DNA from: Promethearchaeota archaeon
GTDB lineage: Archaea; Asgardarchaeota; Lokiarchaeia; Sigyniarchaeales; SOKP01
Length of the DNA: 11,713 nucleotides
Direction: 5' to 3'
Assembly (NCBI GenBank): GCA_016930515.1
Contig: JAFGGO010000091.1
Location: forward strand, 1 to 11,713
Shown here: piece by piece, positions 6,452 to 11,713 of the stretch
Layout of the letters: each line of letters starts with the position of its first letter
Numbering within the stretch: the first letter of the stretch is position 1
Notes under the pieces: model-generated
Database searches by the model: none
Seen by the model: only the letters and a program-made list of their open reading frames with translations
Told to the model about the DNA's origin: nothing
Position numbers and translations under genes: made by a program

Positions 6452-7411
6452 TTGACGGAAATAAAAGACAATAAATCATATGAAATTTGGACTCAAAACC
6501 TCTCAAAAGTATATGGAAGAGGTGGAAAGCAATTAAAAGCGGTTGATTCAATAAATATTGCACTAGAACCAGGGATACACGGATTCTTAGGTCCCAACGG
6601 AGCGGGAAAAACCACGACTATAAACATGCTAGTTGGTGCCATTTCTGTTAGTGCCGGAATGGCTCGAATCAGGGGATATAAAATTGGATCGATAAAATCC
6701 CGTCGATTGCTTGGATTTTTACCGCAAGATCCATCTTTTTACAATAACATGACAGGACCTCAATATTTACTGTATATGGCACAATTAAACGGCATTAAGA
6801 GAAGCATCGCAACTCAAAAAGTAAAGGAACTTATCAAGTTCATGGATTTAGAAAGCGCTAAGGATAGGAAAATTGGAAAATATTCAGGCGGTATGAAGCA
6901 AAAAATTGGAATTGCCGCAGCTCTCATCCACGATCCCCAAATCTTGATATTAGACGAGCCAACGGCTAATTTGGATCCGATAGGTCGAGCAGACTTAATT
7001 TTAAAAATTAAACAATTATCTCAAAAAATGAGCGTCTTCGTATCGAGTCACATTTTATCCGAGATCGAACAAATGTGTAAACATGTTTTTATGATCAATA
7101 AGGGAAAATTAATCCTCGCGGATTCCATAAAAAACATCAAGGAAATGTACTCTGCATCGTCTAACATGTTTATTTTGGATACGGATTCAAACGATCGAGT
7201 AATTCAATTGCTAAAAGAAAAGGAGAGCGTTAATAGCGCGTGGATTCGAGAATCGGACGGAAAAGTCTCTTTAATTCCTTTTGATAACTGCGATTTTCAG
7301 TTGCTCCTCCCAAAAATTTTAGCGCACAACAATATCAAGTTGAAAGGTTTTTTTCAAGAAGAATCTTCATTACAAGATATTTTTATTGACATTATAGAGA
7401 GGGATCAATAA
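6452..7411 (+). CDS. ABC-2 type (CcmA/DrrA-like) transporter ATP-binding subunit
   Basis: Walker A GPNGAGKTT, Q-loop GFLPQ, signature YSGGMKQK, Walker B/D-loop LILDEPTANLD, H-loop SSH. Probable start is TTG 6452 (MTEIKDNKSYEIWTQNLSKVYG) rather than 6380. Confidence 0.93.
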   Translation: MTEIKDNKSYEIWTQNLSKVYGRGGKQLKAVDSINIALEPGIHGFLGPNGAGKTTTINMLVGAISVSAGMARIRGYKIGSIKSRRLLGFLPQDPSFYNNMTGPQYLLYMAQLNGIKRSIATQKVKELIKFMDLESAKDRKIGKYSGGMKQKIGIAAALIHDPQILILDEPTANLDPIGRADLILKIKQLSQKMSVFVSSHILSEIEQMCKHVFMINKGKLILADSIKNIKEMYSASSNMFILDTDSNDRVIQLLKEKESVNSAWIRESDGKVSLIPFDNCDFQLLLPKILAHNNIKLKGFFQEESSLQDIFIDIIERDQ

Positions 7412-8410
7412 ATGACCGAGACGCAAATGAATAAATACAAACAAAAAACAACGACAAGAATTCCCACACGGGTTAAAAACGACGTGAGTCCCGTGCTCAT
7501 GATTACGAAAAAGACTTTTTTGTTCAACTTATGCACTATAAAAAGGTTCCTTATCTCTCTCTTAATAATGGTTATAGGACCAATCTTCATGTACTTCTTT
7601 GTAAACAGAGCTTTACTCACAGAAAGTAGCTCTCTAATGTACACACAAGGATTAATATTATTTTTCTATACATATGGTCTCGTATTTCCAATAATAATAG
7701 GGGTTTCAGCAGCACCGTTAATCGCTGAAGAGCGCAATTCGGGCACTTTATTAACATTGGTAAGTAAACCTATGGCCCGAGAAGGCATAATAATAGGTAA
7801 ATTCATTGCTTTATTCGTATTTTGCGTTCTCCTCAGTTTAGCAAGCATTACAATAGTAACCATTATTGGATTGCTTATTTGGCCTTTCAGAGATGCTGGA
7901 GCGTTCTTCTTAGTGAACTTCATTTACTCACTAATCATTATAGTATTTTTTGGAGGATTAACTACAGGATTATCGGCATTATTTAAAAAATCAAGAAACG
8001 CAATGATGTTTCCAATACTCATCATCGTATTTTCGTTTTTAATTGGATTGATTATAAAGCAAATGTTAATGTGGACAGTTTATGGTGGCGAAACTTCTCT
8101 TTACGAGCAGTTCCAACTTTATCATTTTGACATTTCCTATCACATGGCTAATATTTACACGGATATGGTTGATCTAATAATTCCAGGGGTGTCGGATTCT
8201 TGGGGCTTTTTTCTCTTGATGTTTGGTGCTTTTAAGCTCCAACAAACCTACATCTGTGGTTCTTCTGGTCAATATTGCTACCAATACGCCATTCCAGTCC
8301 CTTCCAATTATTATACGCCTATTCTCTCGATGGTCGTTCTTTTATTAATAGGCATTCTCGTATTAGTAGCAGGAACAATTTATTTAAAAAAAAAGGACAT
8401 TACCGGATGA
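7412..8410 (+). CDS. ABC-2 type transporter permease
   Basis: About 6 hydrophobic segments and the ABC-2 motif IAEERNSGTLLTLVSKPMAREGIIIGKF. The ATG directly follows the ATPase stop (TAAATG). Confidence 0.9.
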   Translation: MTETQMNKYKQKTTTRIPTRVKNDVSPVLMITKKTFLFNLCTIKRFLISLLIMVIGPIFMYFFVNRALLTESSSLMYTQGLILFFYTYGLVFPIIIGVSAAPLIAEERNSGTLLTLVSKPMAREGIIIGKFIALFVFCVLLSLASITIVTIIGLLIWPFRDAGAFFLVNFIYSLIIIVFFGGLTTGLSALFKKSRNAMMFPILIIVFSFLIGLIIKQMLMWTVYGGETSLYEQFQLYHFDISYHMANIYTDMVDLIIPGVSDSWGFFLLMFGAFKLQQTYICGSSGQYCYQYAIPVPSNYYTPILSMVVLLLIGILVLVAGTIYLKKKDITG

Positions 8411-8417
8411 TGACAAT

Positions 8418-9326
8418 ATGATCAATATAAATTTAAAGAAAATAAAAATGATTTTTTCGTATTACTTGATCGGGATCTTTTTCACGCTTCCATTATTTTC
8501 TCAAAATGCTTTAGCAACTATACTTTCATTTGGAGAGCATTCTATCTCTCTTTCAGAAGGCACGCAGGTTAAATGGAGCATACTCGATTGCTATAATTTC
8601 GAAATAGAATATAACTATGTAGATCAAGAAGGTTATTATAATTATGGAGAATTTAATGCTTCTATAGGAGACCAATTTAGATTCACATATAAGGGAATTG
8701 GATATTATGGAGACAATTATTACTATAATGATCCCTCAGGAATGGATCCTTGTTTAGTAGCCTCGCTCGAATACTATGATGTAAGCGAAAAGAAATACTA
8801 CGATTTATTATGTGACGGTTCATCGGTAAATGCGTTTTTGATGCGAAATATTTCCACAAACATGTATTTTACGAGATACAATACTTATTATCATTGCATC
8901 GATGAAGAATATTGGTATGACGATTCAAAAAGCTATTACGATTCAAATCAATTTTTTGGAAAATATCTCATATTTGCCTTACCAACAACGCTGAATTTAG
9001 CGCTATACGCCACCACGAGCTTATTGTACGATCCCAGTCAGGAATTATACGACCTTCTTGGGATTACAACTACTAGTAACTCTCTTAACCTCACAAAGAA
9101 CGACGGTTCCTATAATTACGCACAATTCAGAGCAAATGGAGTGACTAATCTATGGGATTTTAAAAGAAATTCCACAAGAATTACAGCAGAATTTTTAAGT
9201 CAGTCAAATCCAAGCCCTTTAGGAGCAAGCATTCCGTTTGGAAACGAGTTTTTAATATTCGCAGGAATAAGCATATTAGGTTTGATTTTCGTGGTAAATA
9301 GGAAGCGCTTAAGAAATCTTAATTGA
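8418..9326 (+). CDS. Secreted, C-terminally anchored Tyr-rich surface protein with a Loki-CTERM-like sorting signal
   Basis: N-terminal signal peptide (KKIK, hydrophobic stretch, ALA). C-terminal IPFGN, a TM helix and a basic tail RKRLR. 32 of 302 residues are Tyr. N-glycosylation sequons NAS, NIS, NLT, NST. Starts 7 nt after the permease stop. Confidence 0.75.
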   Translation: MININLKKIKMIFSYYLIGIFFTLPLFSQNALATILSFGEHSISLSEGTQVKWSILDCYNFEIEYNYVDQEGYYNYGEFNASIGDQFRFTYKGIGYYGDNYYYNDPSGMDPCLVASLEYYDVSEKKYYDLLCDGSSVNAFLMRNISTNMYFTRYNTYYHCIDEEYWYDDSKSYYDSNQFFGKYLIFALPTTLNLALYATTSLLYDPSQELYDLLGITTTSNSLNLTKNDGSYNYAQFRANGVTNLWDFKRNSTRITAEFLSQSNPSPLGASIPFGNEFLIFAGISILGLIFVVNRKRLRNLN

Positions 9327-9362
9327 ATATCTTTTGTATTATTTTTTGTCCTGCTTTATTAT

Positions 9363-9388
9363 AATGAAAATTAATACCAATTTTCATT
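9363..9388. terminator. Perfect 10-bp inverted repeat between convergent genes
   Basis: AATGAAAATT-AATACC-AATTTTCATT, preceded by T-tracts at about 9331-9348. Confidence 0.45.
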
Positions 9389-9991
9389 TCATTTTATTTT
9401 TTTTAACTTTTTCTTTATGCCAGGACAAATCTTTAAAAAGTAGTCATCAATTTTAAGAATTCCAAACTCATTGTATGGAAATAACTTACAATCTCTCGGT
9501 TTTATCTCGTGAATATCGCAAAGATTATTTTTCAAAAACGGACATTTACCGCTAGATTCATACAATAATAAATAATCTAAACCCCATTGAATTCCTTCTA
9601 GCAGGATTTCAAAACTTTTAGGAATTAAAATGGGCATTCTACCTAGTTCTTCTATGAAAGTATATACAGGTAGGGGAATAACACTTTTCCCAACAAAATT
9701 ATGATTCGAGAGAATGAAATCCTTGAGCTCTTTTTTTTTCATCTCATAGTAATGTCCGCTATATTTTTTTAGCAAGTCAACCAAGGCGTTTTTTTCTTCA
9801 ATGTGGAATCCACCAAGACCTTCTACAGAGATAGATTTAGGATCAATAAATATATGTTGAAGAAAGGATACTTTATGTGCTTCTCTCCATAAAAATACGT
9901 CTTCTTTTCTTATTGAAATCTCCAAGCCAACACAACAACATTTCCCGCATTTTTTACACTCGTAGGAATAGATTTTTTCGGTTACATCCAT
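9389..9991 (-). CDS. YkgJ / CxxCxxCC family cysteine-cluster (Zn or Fe-S) protein
   Basis: YECKKCGKCC ... GKCPFLKNNLCDIHEIKPRDCKLFPY ... CPG. Confidence 0.88.
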   Translation of the reverse strand: MDVTEKIYSYECKKCGKCCCVGLEISIRKEDVFLWREAHKVSFLQHIFIDPKSISVEGLGGFHIEEKNALVDLLKKYSGHYYEMKKKELKDFILSNHNFVGKSVIPLPVYTFIEELGRMPILIPKSFEILLEGIQWGLDYLLLYESSGKCPFLKNNLCDIHEIKPRDCKLFPYNEFGILKIDDYFLKICPGIKKKLKKIK

Positions 9992-10121
9992 AGTTTGAAA
10001 ATATTTTATAATTATAAGAGTATTTAGTTAAGATCGAGAAAAAAATTTCAATATTTTAAATTATTTCCTTGCTTATTATATTATCAATGTGGGGCAATTT
10101 TTCAATATTAATAGCATGGAC

Positions 10122-11159
10122 TCATTTTCGGGATTTCATCAAATTTTCTACAATTTTTTTAAAAGCTTCCTGAACATTATTTCCGGTAAGAGCTGAAGTT
10201 TCAATATATCCAAAATTGATTGATCGAGCAAATCCAATAGCTTCTTCTCGAGAGACGATTCTTTCCTTGAGGTCGTTTTTATTTCCTACGACGAACCCAG
10301 TTATGCTTTCCGAACCGCCCAAGTTGGTTTTGATATCATTGTATGAAGTCGGTAAGCTCATAAAAGTACTCGCCCTCGACAAGTCAAACACTAAAATTGC
10401 GCTGTCAGCACCTTGATAGAATTGCCTTCTCATAAGGAAAAATCGATCTTGACCTGCAATATCCCATATTGAAAACTGAACGTTATAATCCGAAGTCTCA
10501 AATCGTTTTTCAGATATATTCACGCCTAAAGTAGGTAGGTAGGACCTGCTAAACGCGTTTGTAGTGTATCTAAGAATCAAGGACGATTTTCCAACGCCAG
10601 CATCTCCACATACCACGAGCTTGAAAACATAGGTAGGCTTGCGATTATCTTCGCTTTTCTTTTTTTCCGTCAAAAATTTACGTAATGCTAATTCCTTGTT
10701 CCTAAGCTCTTTAAGTATTTGTACGAGTTTAGAATGCAGATTTTTCATCAGGACCAAATAAGCTTGGGGTTTTGATCTTGAAAGCTCGAGTTTAATGATT
10801 TTTGGAGTGAATTCTTCAAATACTGCGTTTAAATCTTCTATATATTTATAAAAGACCACATCGTTGTCTTCGTTAAATACAACCGTTATGGAACTTCTCC
10901 CAATTTTTCCCCTTCGCTTGATATCGTCCCATTTGAAAAACTTGAGGATGGCTTTTTTTCGATACGATTGAAAAGGAACTATAACTAAGGACTTGGGAAC
11001 ATGACCTTCTTCTGCCGTCAGAAGACTTATTGATTTTAACCCTGCCAGAATCTTCAATTTCTCATCTATATTGTCGGGAATCCAGGCAAAAGGCGTAGTC
11101 CCATGAGCGTCGTCAAATACGACATATATTATCCCTGTTATCAGATCCTCTAAGGTCAT
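10122..11159 (-). CDS. Rab-like small GTPase with an N-terminal longin/uDENN-like domain
   Basis: G1 GDAGVGKS, G2 YLPTLGV, G3 WDIAGQD, G4 NKND, G5 ETSA. RabF-like segments FYQGA and LVFDLS. The N-terminal ~175 aa begin GIIYVVFDDAHGTTPFAWIP. No C-terminal prenylation cysteine. Confidence 0.9.
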   Translation of the reverse strand: MTLEDLITGIIYVVFDDAHGTTPFAWIPDNIDEKLKILAGLKSISLLTAEEGHVPKSLVIVPFQSYRKKAILKFFKWDDIKRRGKIGRSSITVVFNEDNDVVFYKYIEDLNAVFEEFTPKIIKLELSRSKPQAYLVLMKNLHSKLVQILKELRNKELALRKFLTEKKKSEDNRKPTYVFKLVVCGDAGVGKSSLILRYTTNAFSRSYLPTLGVNISEKRFETSDYNVQFSIWDIAGQDRFFLMRRQFYQGADSAILVFDLSRASTFMSLPTSYNDIKTNLGGSESITGFVVGNKNDLKERIVSREEAIGFARSINFGYIETSALTGNNVQEAFKKIVENLMKSRK

Positions 11160-11317
11160 TAACGCAATTATCTTTAGAAATTTTTTTCTATGGTGATTTA
11201 AAGAAATTTCACAGATATAAGTTTATAGATTTAGAGTAGACAAAATTTTAGAGAGATTCAGCTCTGAAAAATCAATGATTTAACATGCAATTTATTAAAT
11301 ACGAGGAAGACAAACCG

Positions 11318-11701
11318 TTATTGTTCTCCACCACAACTCTCACAATATCTTGCGTTCAAAGAAATTTTATGACCACACAAGTTGCAAAATTTAAATTCTT
11401 CTGGGTGATGCTGTTCGATATTGTCTTGAGTGAAGGGCAAGTTGATAGGTAGCTTTATCATTGGAACGAATGAATTACATTCCACGCAAACCATCTTACC
11501 CTTTTTTCCCAACTTGAAAGCTTTTCTCGGTCCAATTCCTGTAAGTTGTCCCAAACAGCTTGCACACCACACTTTTTTACAATTTCTACAAGCAAAAAAG
11601 TAATTGCCCCATTCGTCTACGAAATATTTTTTATCGTTTGTATTGCGGCCACATAAAACGCAATTGTAGTTTGAAGGAGTTCTTTTATTTCTATGAATCA
11701 T
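11318..11701 (-). CDS. Zinc-finger protein: FYVE/PHD-like C8 finger plus C-terminal zinc ribbon
   Basis: C14-x2-C-x20-C-x2-C-x4-C-x2-C-x22-C-x2-C75, then FCNLCGHKISLNARYCESCG. An in-frame TAA immediately precedes the ATG, so the gene is complete. Confidence 0.8.
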   Translation of the reverse strand: MIHRNKRTPSNYNCVLCGRNTNDKKYFVDEWGNYFFACRNCKKVWCASCLGQLTGIGPRKAFKLGKKGKMVCVECNSFVPMIKLPINLPFTQDNIEQHHPEEFKFCNLCGHKISLNARYCESCGGEQ

Positions 11702-11713
11702 TTATAATATATC

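Noticed and set aside
8408-10124. Selenocysteine readthrough at TGA-terminated genes (permease, surface protein, YkgJ-like protein, GTPase)
   Set aside because: Each protein is complete at its TGA, no TGA aligns to an expected Cys, and no SECIS-like element was recognised.
7405-10416. ORFs 7405..7644 (-), 7666..7923 (-) and 10216..10416 (+)
   Set aside because: Antisense shadows of the permease and the GTPase.
1-11713. CRISPR arrays, tRNA/rRNA genes, transposases or integrases
   Set aside because: No regularly spaced repeats, GC-rich structured RNA segments or recombinase motifs were seen by eye.

Overview
AT-rich archaeal DNA, most likely from an Asgard archaeon (Lokiarchaeia-like). This is inferred from Alba, two longin/uDENN-like domains, a Rab-like GTPase, a Loki-CTERM-like surface protein and BRE-TATA promoters. 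Gene order: threonine dehydratase with a C-terminal ACT domain (minus strand, runs off the left edge, missing from the ORF track, no canonical start codon); a COG1751 PK_C-like protein; a stand-alone longin/uDENN-like protein; a two-gene module (coiled-coil/winged-helix protein plus a 717-aa STAND/AAA+-like ATPase with an Mrr-like PD-(D/E)xK domain); Alba; an orphan ORF; an ABC-2 operon (ATPase, permease, Tyr-rich anchored surface protein); a CxxCxxCC (YkgJ-like) protein; a longin-fused Rab-like GTPase; and a FYVE/PHD-like zinc-finger plus zinc-ribbon protein. The best candidates for undescribed biology are the wH + ATPase-nuclease module, the FYVE-like finger next to the longin-Rab fusion, and the apparent Ile-codon start of ilvA. 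All family calls come from motif recognition by eye; no database search was run.
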